This document shows, in pieces, positions 9,997 through 21,700 of a stretch of DNA of 59,651 bases. How positions within the stretch are numbered: position 1 is the first letter of the stretch; every line of letters starts with the position of its first letter. Both the position numbers and the translations under genes were made by a program. Where the stretch lies: positions 1-59,651 of the IMG/VR virus record IMGVR_UViG_3300042332_000610. One strand, 5' to 3'. The notes under the pieces are model-generated. The model had not been told where the DNA came from and did not search any database. It saw only the letters and a program-made list of their open reading frames with translations. The stretch comes from a virus (taxonomy: Duplodnaviria > Caudoviricetes).

Positions 9997-10509
9997 CTAC
10001 CATGTCTCTTCTTGCCAAGTCGGAATGAAACGCCCATCCGATGTCTTCGTATAAAGCATTATAGCATCTCCCATTCTAGAACGCAAGTCTTGCTCTGTTA
10101 GTACGTTTCTAGGGGTGATCTTGCCGTCTTTCCTTGGTCTACCACCGTGTATGGTTGTCATAATTTCCCTAATTTCAAAAATATGATCTTCAGAATAATA
10201 AGCATTAATTTGAAAACCTCTTTCTCCACCAATACTATCACCAATTGGCTCAGGAATCAAACCCTTTGCAATTATTCTTTGAAACTGCACCCTTGATCTA
10301 TTTAAAATTCTTGCAGTATTTGCAATAGTATAGGCTCTTTTCTTATGTTTCTTAAAATCAGAATATAGCATACTTTGCTCTTTACCCTGAGTTACATTAT
10401 AAAAGTTAACAATGTTGCTACTTTTATTGATATGAAATACCTTTACAAGTTCTTTATTGATAAAGAATATTTTTTTGCAAGGATTTATTTTATCCTGTGG
10501 TTGAGACAT
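9997..10509 (-). CDS. Putative DNA-binding protein (MerR/excisionase-like HTH plus GRPRK AT-hook-like motif)
   Basis: AYTIANTARILNRSRVQFQRIIAKGLIPEP...YYSEDHI; GGRPRK. Confidence 0.55.
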   Translation of the reverse strand: MSQPQDKINPCKKIFFINKELVKVFHINKSSNIVNFYNVTQGKEQSMLYSDFKKHKKRAYTIANTARILNRSRVQFQRIIAKGLIPEPIGDSIGGERGFQINAYYSEDHIFEIREIMTTIHGGRPRKDGKITPRNVLTEQDLRSRMGDAIMLYTKTSDGRFIPTWQEETW

Positions 10510-10518
10510 TCTACCTGC

Positions 10519-10953
10519 CTAAGAACTAATTCTTTCACCAATTGCAATTATTGAAACATCAGCAGAAAAAGCTCCAGAGGTTGCTGACGAGAATACGTTT
10601 ACCTGACAAGAGTTTTGAGTAACTCCACTTAAAACTGCGTACAAATTTGATACACCAGTTACAGATGTTACTGAAGATATAACTACTGGAGTAGTTTTAA
10701 ATATTCCAGAGTAGTCAAACGATGCTGGAGCATTTGGCTGAACAGATAAGTTTGCATCAACAATTTTTTGAGTCTCTGCATAAAATGCTAAATTTGATGT
10801 TAATAGTTGAGAAGGTGTAGAATTATCTCTATATTTAATTTTTGAAAGAGTAGTACCAATTAGCTCTGAAACTCTATTTATTTCTTGAGCTATTCTAAAC
10901 AAGTAAGATATGTCAAGTGGTTGACCTCTATCTGGTAATTCAATTTGTGCCAT
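10519..10953 (-). CDS. Putative tail-associated protein with C-terminal beta-sandwich (H-type lectin-like)
   Basis: FKTTPVVISS...VSIIAIG ending typical of this fold; last gene of the tail cluster. Confidence 0.5.
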   Translation of the reverse strand: MAQIELPDRGQPLDISYLFRIAQEINRVSELIGTTLSKIKYRDNSTPSQLLTSNLAFYAETQKIVDANLSVQPNAPASFDYSGIFKTTPVVISSVTSVTGVSNLYAVLSGVTQNSCQVNVFSSATSGAFSADVSIIAIGERISS

Positions 10954-10968
10954 TTTATCTCCTAGTTA

Positions 10969-10977
10969 ATTATATCA
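10969..10977 (-). promoter_or_regulatory. Extended -10 promoter TGATATAAT
   Basis: Intergenic, followed by AGGAGA RBS and the ATG at 10953. Confidence 0.55.
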
Positions 10978-10989
10978 GGTAAGTAATTC

Positions 10990-11574
10990 TTACTCAGATA
11001 AGGATACTACTCCAGTATCAAATATTTTAAACAAGTCATATACGCCTTGTGCTGAACCAGAAACTCCTAAGTATTCATTAAGTCTTGGCTGATAAGAAGT
11101 TGATGCTGATTCAAAAATTTCTAATCTTGGAATATCTTTTAATGCAACAGTTCCAAAAACTCTTACTGAAGCAGATCCAGGTGGTATGACAATGCTTGTT
11201 GTATCTTCAGATACTCTGTTATGATATTCAAAATTACCCATGGCAGATCCTGATCCCCATTGAACAAAAACGTCTGTATCGTGTTGTTTAAATTTTTGTG
11301 AATGATTGTGAGCAATAGATGCACTAGTAATTGAAGCAGAATTATAGTTATAAATTATTGGAGTATCCCATGTTAGACTAACCTCTTCTGAAGAAATTAC
11401 TGCAGTAATGTCTGACTCTAAAGGTCTATATTGACCAATGCTTTTAAGTGTATAAAGCTGTGACCAGGCTGACCACTGGTTTTTATCAACAGATATGATT
11501 CTAAATTGAAAAGCATGATCTCCATTTTTATCTGGAGTTGGTAATTTTTCTACAGGAATTCTTATCTGTGCCAT
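10990..11574 (-). CDS. Putative minor tail protein (FN3-like beta character)
   Basis: FRIISVDKNQWSAWS, VSLTWDTP; position in the tail cluster. Confidence 0.5.
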   Translation of the reverse strand: MAQIRIPVEKLPTPDKNGDHAFQFRIISVDKNQWSAWSQLYTLKSIGQYRPLESDITAVISSEEVSLTWDTPIIYNYNSASITSASIAHNHSQKFKQHDTDVFVQWGSGSAMGNFEYHNRVSEDTTSIVIPPGSASVRVFGTVALKDIPRLEIFESASTSYQPRLNEYLGVSGSAQGVYDLFKIFDTGVVSLSE

Positions 11575-12749
11575 TAGATAACTCCTATGCCAAACCTATA
11601 TTCTACATAGCTTGTAGAATTTTCTCTCTTTAAAATTGGATTTTCATCTAATGTTTTTACATATTCGGCAGCAACAAGAGAATATAATGGATTATAGCTA
11701 GAAACATTTTCAAACCTTAAGCCATCATACAATACAAAATGATCTGCAACAACATCATTAGAATTATTATGAATACAAGTGTAAATTCTTACACCATTTA
11801 CAGAACTCCAAGAAAAGTTTTGATCTGTTGTAAATTCTGAAAGGCTTTTTGTAATAACCTGATATCTTTTTAAATTTATATCTGTATCTTGAAGTACAAT
11901 GTCTACAGAAGCTTTTGGTGAATCCTCTATTGAATTATTTAAAAACTCTAATTTAATTTTAACATAATCTGGGTCTGAAGCAGATCTAGCGGTGCTAATT
12001 ACTGAAAATGCTAATTTTATTTGATCCGTTGGTAAATTATTTCCCAAGTTTAAACTGATAGAATTATTTTCAATATAATATGAAGCACTGCTAGAGGTGT
12101 TTATTACAGACGAACTTGCAGAAACTCCAGAAAGCACAGAAGTACTTCCAGAAACAAGTAGGCTTTTGTCTAAATATCTTGGGGGCTCTGCCCTATTTAC
12201 TCTATCTGAATATTCAAATATTGGAGAGTTGCTATTTATGAAAACAAAGTCTGCTAATGTGTAAATATTTTCTGGTGAAATTTCTAAATATTTTTCAATA
12301 TTTCCAGGAGTTACATCATCAATTCTAAGAGGACCTATGTATGAAACGGTTCCAGAATTGTCTTGATTATTAGAATATGCCCAAGGTTCTGAATTGTTAA
12401 ATGTTGATATAATTCTGCTATCAAAATTACCAGCTACTGCATTTGTTGCTGCTGGATATATTCCAAGTTCAGTTATTTGATATCTTTGTTCAATAGGAAG
12501 CTCTGCTTTAAAAACAATTTTTTCAACTTGCTCATTTGTTATTGGATCTAATTCTTTTAACAAGCCTTTTGATAAAATTGGAACTCTTGCTACTTCAAAT
12601 TCTAAAGACTGAACACTTGCAGAAAATGTTGCAGAAGAAGATGTTGGATATGGCTGTCCACCAACGCCAATAGCAATATGACTTGCAAATTCTGGAGCTT
12701 GGTTTAAAAGATATTTTGCTACAATATTTTTACCATTTGTCGTAATCAT
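11574..12749 (-). CDS. Putative tail-tip/baseplate protein
   Basis: MITTNGK...IAIGVG...LEFEVARVP...ITELGIY resembles tail-collar/baseplate N-terminal domains. Confidence 0.55.
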   Translation of the reverse strand: MITTNGKNIVAKYLLNQAPEFASHIAIGVGGQPYPTSSSATFSASVQSLEFEVARVPILSKGLLKELDPITNEQVEKIVFKAELPIEQRYQITELGIYPAATNAVAGNFDSRIISTFNNSEPWAYSNNQDNSGTVSYIGPLRIDDVTPGNIEKYLEISPENIYTLADFVFINSNSPIFEYSDRVNRAEPPRYLDKSLLVSGSTSVLSGVSASSSVINTSSSASYYIENNSISLNLGNNLPTDQIKLAFSVISTARSASDPDYVKIKLEFLNNSIEDSPKASVDIVLQDTDINLKRYQVITKSLSEFTTDQNFSWSSVNGVRIYTCIHNNSNDVVADHFVLYDGLRFENVSSYNPLYSLVAAEYVKTLDENPILKRENSTSYVEYRFGIGVI

Positions 12750-13642
12750 GATTCCACCTTTTCTATCTTATATATTGTACCATTTGTGTCTATTAAAACC
12801 TCTACCTGCTGATTTTTTTCTAAATTAATAAGTTCTATAACTAAATCACCATTTGTATCAATATAGTAATATCCTTTTTGACGAGTGATTATTTTATTAT
12901 TTTCATCAAGATATTGATAAGTTGAGTCTAATTTTTGCAATCTTATATAGTCTTCTTGAGGTATTTTATCTTCAATATTAATTGTATAAATGCTAGTAAG
13001 AGGCTTAAACTTATCCATTATACTTAATTGTTTTGATATATCATACTTTTTTCTAACTTCAGACAGGTTTGAAATAATTGAGTATCTTTGATTAATTCCC
13101 TCAATAGTGTCATGCCTTTCAGCTATTGATAATTCTATTGCAGAAATATTTTCAAAAAGAAGTTTTTGAATTTGTTCTGCATCAAATTGTGGAACTAAAG
13201 AAGATATGTCAAAAACATTCCTTGCTGCAATTCTAACAGGGGAGGGGGCAATGGTAGCCACTGGTTCAGGAGTTGGCTCCATAAATTGGGGTACTTCAAT
13301 TGGTGTATCAATTACCTTTGGTGGGGTCGTTGAAGAGTCGTTCTTTGTAGATCTAGGTGGGGGAGTTGGAGGTGGAGGAGTTGGAGGTGGTGGCGGAGGT
13401 GGGCTTGATGGAATTGCACCAGCACCGCTAAAATTGGGTCCAGCCTGAGCATACATTGCTGCTAGCTTAGAGGCTTGTGCAGCAGCTTGTGCTGCTTGTG
13501 CAGCAGCTTGTGCTGCTTGAGCACCGTCACTCTGAGGTTTCTTTGGTGGCGGAGGTGGGGGAGGAGGAGTTTTTCTGGGTGGTGGAGGTGGTGGATTTCT
13601 AGAATGACCCGCACCTGCTGGACCTGAATTTTCGCCTGGCAT
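12746..13642 (-). CDS. Tail-cluster protein with long Pro/Ala/Gln low-complexity N-terminus
   Basis: Poly-Pro runs, AAQAAQ repeats, globular C-terminal half; overlaps the downstream gene start. Confidence 0.65.
   Translation of the reverse strand: MPGENSGPAGAGHSRNPPPPPPRKTPPPPPPPPKKPQSDGAQAAQAAAQAAQAAAQASKLAAMYAQAGPNFSGAGAIPSSPPPPPPPTPPPPTPPPRSTKNDSSTTPPKVIDTPIEVPQFMEPTPEPVATIAPSPVRIAARNVFDISSLVPQFDAEQIQKLLFENISAIELSIAERHDTIEGINQRYSIISNLSEVRKKYDISKQLSIMDKFKPLTSIYTINIEDKIPQEDYIRLQKLDSTYQYLDENNKIITRQKGYYYIDTNGDLVIELINLEKNQQVEVLIDTNGTIYKIEKVES
13473..13514. repeat. 21-bp tandem repeat x2 encoding AQAAAQA
   Basis: gcttgtgcagcagcttgtgct repeated directly. Confidence 0.8.
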
Positions 13643-13643
13643 A

Positions 13644-16600
13644 CTAAACCTCCATTACCCTTAATTGACTTTTAACATTTGAAGAAGATCTTCCATATTG
13701 GGCAGATATTACAACAAATCTTTTATTCTCATCTACCATTTTAACACCTTCTGGTAAATCAAAATTAATTTTAACAATATCTCCAAGTTGAATGTGTGCT
13801 GTTGCAAAAGTATCTATCTCAAATACCTTTCTTGGTCTAATAGTTTTATCAAGAATCCATTTCATAATATCTTTTGCAGAATCTTCATTTTGAATATAAA
13901 CAGAGTCTAATGAAAATGACTTACTTCCATAAGTAGATCTACTATTTTTAATACTATCATATATCTTTTCAGATCTTTCTGGAGAAACAATTAAATTGTT
14001 GGCAACAACTGGGTCAGAAAAGTTTGATAGTTCTTTAAAGTAATCATCAACAGTAAGAACATTAGAAATATTCTGAGTAAACGTAATTCCTTGAATCATA
14101 ATTCTATTCGTAGAGCTTTCACTTAAATTTATTGCTTTGTCTGTTGTGTTAAAGATTAAGAATTCAGCTCCATAAGATCCTGGCAAAAAGCCTGAAATTT
14201 GATAAGATTTTTCTACGGTAAATGGAGGAACAAATTTTGCTATTAACGCTGGGTAAGCTTGGTCATATTTAATATTAAAATATGCACACTCTCTTAAGAT
14301 AGTTCCAAATTCTTCAAAGTAAAAATCTACAGTTGGCTTTGTCTCTGTACTAATAGAAGATAGAAATGTATTTTGAATTACTGATGGAAGAGAATATTTT
14401 TTTAAAGATTCAGCAGATATTGTATTCTTTACTTTTTCTCCCAAAGAAACATCTTCTTCTTTTATATTTTTTAAAGCAAAAATATTTTCAAACATACATT
14501 TGGTAGATCCTCTTGTAAATAAACAAGTCTTTAAACCACTGCTTGGCATTTGTAAAGGATTGTTATCAGACACTCTTCCAATTAATGCATTATTTAAATA
14601 TATATTAAAATCAATTCTATAAATTCCATTTGCATTTCTCTTAATGTCTGCATCTAAAGATAAGTCATAGACTGCTATATCTTGAGAAATTAATCTATCT
14701 TGACCAACAAACTTTCCTTCATCAACAAGGATTCTTGCAAGAGCTCCAAAAAGTTTTTTAGGGACTGCAATATTTATCTTCTTATCTACTTGCGTAGAAT
14801 ATGGAGTTCTTTCTACTTTATAAAAAATTATATTTTCAAGAACCTGATCCGTTGGAAGAATGCCTCCACTTGAATCTGAACCATAGTATTTAAGAACGTC
14901 TTCAGACATAGATGCTATTTCAAGATAGTATCCAGAGTTTGTGTTTGTATCAACCATGTATCCAATTCCACCAGCTCCACCAGACAAGGTTTTTAAATTA
15001 GAGCTTGTAGTGGCTTTATCAATTTCAAAAAGATCTGTTGAGTTTAAAGCAGATTGAGTTTTATCATCTATAATTTTTCCAATAATTCTCATTCTTGTTC
15101 CAACATGTCTGTAATCTGTGTCTAAATCTTTATAAACATAGCTTATTAAATCTCTACTACTTGTTGCAGACAGGTCTGTACTTTGTAGTGATGGAACTGG
15201 ATATGGTCCACTGAATATTAGTGCAGATGATTGAATTCCTGCAACGTCTTGCTGATTAAAACTAGAAAAGCCTTCCGATCTTGTTGACTTTTTCATAAAA
15301 TTAGCAATCTTACTAGTTATTGAAGACTGTCCTTGTGAAGCCGTATCGTTACCAAGGGGGTTTGCTGCAACTGAATTAGACACTGGATCATAAGTTAAAA
15401 ATTCTGTGGGAACAGTACTAAATATGTTTTTAGAATCCATTCTAAAAGATTTTCTATTGTTTGAATCTTCCCAATAAGGATTTAGTCCAGCACTGTGAGC
15501 TGTAATAGCTGTTCCAAACTGACCTCTACCATGAGACCTTACTTCTCCATTTTTATATTTAACATTTTCTTCTAAACCATCAAAGTTGGCTCCAGATGCA
15601 TTTTCATAATATGGTTCTGTATAGATTCTAAGAAGACCAGTTAGAACCATTTTTCCATTAAAAATTAGCTTGGAAAAGTATTTTTGATACTCGTTGTTAT
15701 TCGTTATCCATACAAGACCATTTGTTGCAGAAGCAGATGGAGAATCTACCTGATACTGCTGTGCATCATATCTTATAATTTCTCCATTAGCAAATAGATA
15801 TCCCTGAAATCTTGGCAACCAAAAAGCACTTTCTCCAACATCAATTGTGTTATTTATTATTTCATTATTTACTACAGTTGGTACTGCACTTCCAAGACTA
15901 GTTCCCAATGGCACTGCTCCAAGTGCATATCCAAGATTTGCTGTTGGTTGGTTTATTGTTCTTGCCTCTTGTTGATCTCCAAGTTCCCAAAGTATTGCAC
16001 TTTTATAGCCATAGGTTTTTTCACTAAGACTTAAACTTGCTTGTTCTAACTTTGATACTTCTCTTTGTATGTATCTGGTTGTGTAATTAATTTTGCCATC
16101 ATTTAATATCTTTGTTTCAAAACCAGCAATTCCCTCAATGTTTGGAACAATGTTACCAGTTCTTTGTCCGTAAAGAGTTGTTAGTCTTTCAGAAATTGCA
16201 TCGTTATCATCTCTTACAGAAACATCTGGCATTAAGTATTCTTTTGGCATAATAACAAAATTATTATATTCATCAAAAAACATTGAAGTCTGAGTAGCCT
16301 GTGCAAGTCTTTGTAAAACTTCTGAAACAGAAGCGTCTGGCTCAACAAAGAAGAATGGAATTACTGGATCGTTTGCAGTATTAATATTTTTAAATACATA
16401 ATTACTAAATCCAATATTGTCCAAAAGTAGTGCTACTGCTTTTGTAAGGGTAGAGTTTTGCAAGAATATAGATGTGGCATTATTAGATTCTAATATAAAG
16501 AAAGCATCTCTTAAATTTAATGAAACATCTTGCATACCACTTGTAGCAACTGCAGCATTTTCTGAATAGAATGTTTTTAATGGAATAAACTTATCATATC

Positions 16601-18128
16601 CATTAACATCTAAAATAGATTCATAAAAATCAAACTTAATTTGTGGCTTAAGAATATTAGCAATAATGCTTCCATCTCTATTTGCAATACCAAAAACATT
16701 TAGCTCTGTAAAGGCTCCATCATGGTTTGATAAATTAATACCTCCAGTTGAAGCTACAAGTCCACCAACTGGAAGACCAAAGTCTGTTGCCATAATATTT
16801 TTATTAATATCATAGTCCAAAACATAATCTGTTATATCAACTTTTAATCTTGGTGATATCTCAATTAGTTCAAATGGCTTATTTGGAGCATACATTGTTT
16901 CTACAATAACTCTAATTCCTTTAATAAAGGCAAACTCTCTATAAATATCATTACTTCCAACATTAAAATAGCTTGGACCTAATATTTTTTTAACTAGTCC
17001 AACCCTTTTTGTATCATCTTCTTCTAATAATGAAAATCCATATTCTGCGTTATAAGTTTTCCAGTCTTGATCTTCTTCACTCCAAACATATAGTGTCCCT
17101 GACTCAGAACTTGAGCTTCCAACTATGTAAGCATCTCCATTTATAATATTTCTATTAGTATAAAGTGGATCTGGAAGTTGACCAACTGTGTCTAAATATC
17201 CATAAAGGTGAAAGTTTGTTTTAAAGTTTTCAGGCACTTTGATACCATAATAAATTTCTACATGACCATCCCAAGGAACGATTCTTGAGCCATCTCTTCT
17301 TGTAGAGTTTTCGTTAAAGTCTATTGCGTCTATCCAGTTGTTATCAGCATTAAGATATTGAATTTTCCATTTTTTTGGAACTGATGATTTTGTTATATCT
17401 TGAAGCGGGTCTGTAACAAGATTGTTATTGGTTCTAATTCTGCCTGGAACTAAAAATTCTCCATTTATTCCAACTGCTGATGGATCTGCTAGATTAGTTT
17501 GCATTTTTACAACTATTCTATTTGTTGCAACTTCATTTTTATAAGTAACAAAAGGCACACAATCATTTATTTTATATGAAGGATTTCCAGTACTAAAGAA
17601 TGTTGCAGTTTGACTTGATATACCAAATTCTTGTCCATTTTCTTTTCTATATGAATTCCAATACTTAAACTTATCAAATCTTGAACAAAAATAATATCTT
17701 GGTCTTTTTCCAGATCTAATACTATCTACAAACTTTGTATTGTTTATATTTGACTCTCCAAAGTAAAGGATTTTATTAATTCCAGATCTTGGTCTAAATG
17801 GCTTAATACAATCTTTTAAAGAGTAGTAAAGCTCTCTACTTGTTTCTCCTGAATTAAAAGTTAAAGGCTCATTTGGATCTTCTGTTTTATATTCAGAAAT
17901 ATAGTTAGAGTCCAAAGCATTTGTATAAACATCAGCATTATCTTGGGAGTCATATTCTGGATAAAGTGTTCTATAAATAACACTTGCACTATCTGGTCTA
18001 AACCTATAGTTTCCATAATTGTCAAGGTTTAATAAATCATTTTGATTCCATTCAGCAACTACTAAAGAATCTACGCTAATGCTATTGTTTGTTTGGATAT
18101 GATCTATTAAGTCTGTATCTAAAAACAT
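13644..18128 (-). CDS. Large tail-tip/hub protein
   Basis: 1494 aa, second gene after the TMP; LAQATQTSMFFDEYNNF and IQLGDIVKI motifs typical of hub proteins. Confidence 0.65.
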   Translation of the reverse strand: MFLDTDLIDHIQTNNSISVDSLVVAEWNQNDLLNLDNYGNYRFRPDSASVIYRTLYPEYDSQDNADVYTNALDSNYISEYKTEDPNEPLTFNSGETSRELYYSLKDCIKPFRPRSGINKILYFGESNINNTKFVDSIRSGKRPRYYFCSRFDKFKYWNSYRKENGQEFGISSQTATFFSTGNPSYKINDCVPFVTYKNEVATNRIVVKMQTNLADPSAVGINGEFLVPGRIRTNNNLVTDPLQDITKSSVPKKWKIQYLNADNNWIDAIDFNENSTRRDGSRIVPWDGHVEIYYGIKVPENFKTNFHLYGYLDTVGQLPDPLYTNRNIINGDAYIVGSSSSESGTLYVWSEEDQDWKTYNAEYGFSLLEEDDTKRVGLVKKILGPSYFNVGSNDIYREFAFIKGIRVIVETMYAPNKPFELIEISPRLKVDITDYVLDYDINKNIMATDFGLPVGGLVASTGGINLSNHDGAFTELNVFGIANRDGSIIANILKPQIKFDFYESILDVNGYDKFIPLKTFYSENAAVATSGMQDVSLNLRDAFFILESNNATSIFLQNSTLTKAVALLLDNIGFSNYVFKNINTANDPVIPFFFVEPDASVSEVLQRLAQATQTSMFFDEYNNFVIMPKEYLMPDVSVRDDNDAISERLTTLYGQRTGNIVPNIEGIAGFETKILNDGKINYTTRYIQREVSKLEQASLSLSEKTYGYKSAILWELGDQQEARTINQPTANLGYALGAVPLGTSLGSAVPTVVNNEIINNTIDVGESAFWLPRFQGYLFANGEIIRYDAQQYQVDSPSASATNGLVWITNNNEYQKYFSKLIFNGKMVLTGLLRIYTEPYYENASGANFDGLEENVKYKNGEVRSHGRGQFGTAITAHSAGLNPYWEDSNNRKSFRMDSKNIFSTVPTEFLTYDPVSNSVAANPLGNDTASQGQSSITSKIANFMKKSTRSEGFSSFNQQDVAGIQSSALIFSGPYPVPSLQSTDLSATSSRDLISYVYKDLDTDYRHVGTRMRIIGKIIDDKTQSALNSTDLFEIDKATTSSNLKTLSGGAGGIGYMVDTNTNSGYYLEIASMSEDVLKYYGSDSSGGILPTDQVLENIIFYKVERTPYSTQVDKKINIAVPKKLFGALARILVDEGKFVGQDRLISQDIAVYDLSLDADIKRNANGIYRIDFNIYLNNALIGRVSDNNPLQMPSSGLKTCLFTRGSTKCMFENIFALKNIKEEDVSLGEKVKNTISAESLKKYSLPSVIQNTFLSSISTETKPTVDFYFEEFGTILRECAYFNIKYDQAYPALIAKFVPPFTVEKSYQISGFLPGSYGAEFLIFNTTDKAINLSESSTNRIMIQGITFTQNISNVLTVDDYFKELSNFSDPVVANNLIVSPERSEKIYDSIKNSRSTYGSKSFSLDSVYIQNEDSAKDIMKWILDKTIRPRKVFEIDTFATAHIQLGDIVKINFDLPEGVKMVDENKRFVVISAQYGRSSSNVKSQLRVMEV

Positions 18129-18757
18129 TATACTTCCTCAAGAGAAATAGAAATATCCCAAAGGTCTCTATCTTTGACAATGGGACTTTCTCCACTATGG
18201 TCTGTAACATTTCCTCTTTTAATAACATTGTAGCTAAAGTCTGAAATAAAGACTTCTAGTACATCTGAATATTTATCAAGTTTTTCATATATGTCTGAAA
18301 TAAAATTTTGAGGTTTGTCATAAGAAAGGAACATATAAAAAGATCCAGGATTTGAACTATACCAGTCTAGGAGTTCTGCACCACCTGCACCACCATCTAC
18401 TGTATATTCTATTAACGAAAGGTCTGTTGCAACTCCGCTTGTGTTAAATTCTGGGTCTCCATTAAAAGATCTAGATGGCAATAAGTTATAAGAAAAAGAT
18501 ACATTCATCTTATCTGCAATATGATAAGAACGCATATGACCATTTACCATTCTTTTTCTATTTTCAAGCCTATTGGTTTTAAAACTAATTTCACTTCTAT
18601 TATGGTCAGAAAGGATTATAAAGTCCTCTCTTTCTATTCCAGAAATTTGTGGAACACCGCCTGTAATTCCATTAGAATTGTTAGAGAAAATAACTGCTTG
18701 TGGTCTTATCCACTTTTTTCTGGCATTTAAATATCCACCAGGATTATTGATAATCAT
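18128..18757 (-). CDS. Distal tail (Dit-like) protein
   Basis: Immediately after the TMP, RMVNGHMRSY, ends WDISISLEEV. Confidence 0.6.
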   Translation of the reverse strand: MIINNPGGYLNARKKWIRPQAVIFSNNSNGITGGVPQISGIEREDFIILSDHNRSEISFKTNRLENRKRMVNGHMRSYHIADKMNVSFSYNLLPSRSFNGDPEFNTSGVATDLSLIEYTVDGGAGGAELLDWYSSNPGSFYMFLSYDKPQNFISDIYEKLDKYSDVLEVFISDFSYNVIKRGNVTDHSGESPIVKDRDLWDISISLEEV

Positions 18758-21700
18758 TAGTATCTATTACTCCTTAAATTTCCTCTATTTTGATTTGAAA
18801 GCTTTGCCATAACTACATTTGCAATATCATCTGGAGAAGCATTTGTTCCAGATACATTTACATTTACGTTATATGTACTATTATACATTGGTGAAGAGTT
18901 TGAAACAACGTTTGTGGTATTAACTGGAATATTAGTTACGCTTTGCCCTGGGATAGAGTATGTTGGAGAAGAAATTCCTTTTCCTACTGCAGGAAATACT
19001 TGACTATTTAGCTGGTTTAAGAATCCTCTATTTTGATCTGCTACTGATTTTCTAACAACAAATTCTCCAGGGGTTAACAGGGCAGAAACTTTGTCTGTCA
19101 TACCAGTTCCTGGAACAGTAAATCCATTATTCATTCTTAGTGCAGGAGGGGCTTCTCTAGAACCTTTATAAGCAACTCCACCATATGCCATCTTTATGCC
19201 CTTAAGTTTATTAAGAACTCCTTTCTTAGTTTGCTGAGCAGGACTAGCTACTTTAGGAGGAGTAGGAGGAGTGAGACTAGTAACTGTTGGTTTTGGTTTT
19301 GTTGTGGCTGCACCCTTGGCTGTTTTAGTTGCGGCAGAGTTTAAAGGATCTACGTTTGCTCCAGGATTTGCTGCATTATACATATTTAAAGAAGATTCGT
19401 ATTCTACAAGTGCTGCTTGATCTGCTTTAGAAAGGTTTGTTTTTTTCTTTAAAGCGTCAATAGTCTTTTGTTGCTCAATAAGGTACATTCTTGTTTCTAC
19501 TTTTTCACGCTCTTTTGCAACGTCTAGCTTTCTTTGTTCAAAGCCTAATAATTTATCTTGCACACCTTGAAGCTCAATTCCCTTACTATAAATTCTATCT
19601 TGAATTGTTTCTATTTCAGATTCAATACCCTTTCTTGTCATCAATTTTCCATTTATAGAAACTGTTAATGCATCTAAATCTGTTTGTCTTTGTTTTTCAA
19701 GTGCTGCTCTAGTATCTTCAATTTGATATTGTGCAGATTGCTGTTGCATATCTCCAGCTATACCTGCTGCTGCTGCAATGTCTCCAGAGGCAAGGGCAGA
19801 AGCTAAACTAATTCTAGACTTTTCCTGCTCATTAACTCTTGAATTTGATTCTAAAACTTTATCTAATGCTTCTACTCTTAAGTTATAAGCATCATTAACA
19901 GCCTCTTCTTTTTTAGAAAGTTGCTCTAGTCCTTTTTGTCTTAAATTAACTTGTCTTTCTTCTAATTCAATTTCTCTATTTAATTGCTTAAGTCTTTCAT
20001 TAAACCCTTCTGCTTCTTTATCAATAAGCATTTCTTGAAGTCTAAATCTTTCCATAAGCATCTTTAATAGGTTTTCTTCTTTATTGTTGCCACCAGACTT
20101 ATCTCCACTAGTAGTTCCTGGCTTAGGTCCTAAATTGCCAATGCCAACTTTTAATTTATTCAACAATGCACTTTCTAAAGTTTGCTTTTGTTCTTCACTA
20201 GTTCCTTCTTTGGCATTCAACTTTTTATTAGTTTCTGTATCCCACGCAACTGACATAATAATTGGAATTGAAACTGAGGCTGGTAATGCATTTATTGCAG
20301 ACATTATTTCGCTATTAAATATGTTCATACCAGTTGCTTTAACTAGAACTTCTTGAGTAAGTGGACCCTTTGCTGCAGCACTTTGAAGCTGTTCATAGGT
20401 TGAGTACAACTCTTCTATTGCTTTTGGATTTGGATTTTTAAAATCAATCACGGTAGTAATGTCTGGAAGAGATTCTATGACTCCTAATTTAAATACAAGT
20501 TCATCAATTTCTTCAGTAGTCAAACCTTGTGTTTGAAAATTTATAACCATTTGTGCATCTGTTGGGCTCCATTCTCCAGTCAGTAGCTTCCCCCAAGATG
20601 TACTTCCAACTTCTTCAAAATCTTTTATTATTTTATTAATTGCTTCTTCACTGTAGGCTCCAGATTCCTCAAGCATTGTTTTAACTTGTGTTTTTTGATT
20701 TTCTATTGCTTTGAGTGCTGGGCTTTCTATCCAAGCAAAACCAAGTATAGAGTCCTGCTTTTTTTGTGCTTCTATATCAGCAGTTGCAGTTAGTGCCTGA
20801 TTATTTTCAAATCCAAGAATTTGTGCATTTGCATCTAAAGTATTTCCTGTTACATTCTTAGAATCATCAAGAGCTTTTTTATAGTTTTCTAAAGTTATCG
20901 TTCCTTCTTTAAAGGCTGCGTTAAGAAATTCAACTGTATTAAGCTGTGCAGAAAGTGCAGAATTATTTACAGTAAGAACTTCTTCTAGTTTATATTGATT
21001 TTCAAATCCAGCACTTCCGCCCTTGAACACACTAAAGATTTTTTGCATTTGATTTAAATCATCGTATGCACTCTTTGCATCATCTCTTATTTGAGAAATG
21101 TCAACACTTGGAGTTATTTCTGCTTGAATTTTTAAGATGTTTTCTGCCGTAAGTTTTTCTCCATTTGGACCCATAAGTTGCGATATCTTGCCAGAAACTT
21201 CAACTGCAAGTCTTTCGTTTTCTAAGGCTGTTCCAATATCTATCGCTATTGCTCTAGCCTCTTCTGCAGTTATTGCACCTGCAATAATAGCTTGAGAAAG
21301 TTGATTTCTTAAAGCAGTAGCTGCATCTTTTCCAGAAGATTCTACAAAAGAAATGTCTTTTAGCAATGCTTTTCCTGCATCAGATTGCATAAACTGGCTA
21401 GAAACTTGCTGAGATTCTTCAGAAACTTCTTGACCTGTAGCTTTTTCTGCAGCTGCCACCATTGCCTGTTGTGCACGAGTTTGTCTTCCAAATGTTTCTG
21501 CAATAGCGTTAGTAGAATCTGCTGTTCCATACATTGCCGCTGCAAGTTTTCCTCCAGCCTTTGATGCATCGTTAATTTGTTTGTTTAATTTATACGCACC
21601 AAATCCAACTAAGGCAATTGCAGCTCCTGCTCCAGACAAAGGTCCAATAAATTTTAAAATGTTTGGACTTAGTTTAGATAATTGAGGAAATAGCTTTTTA

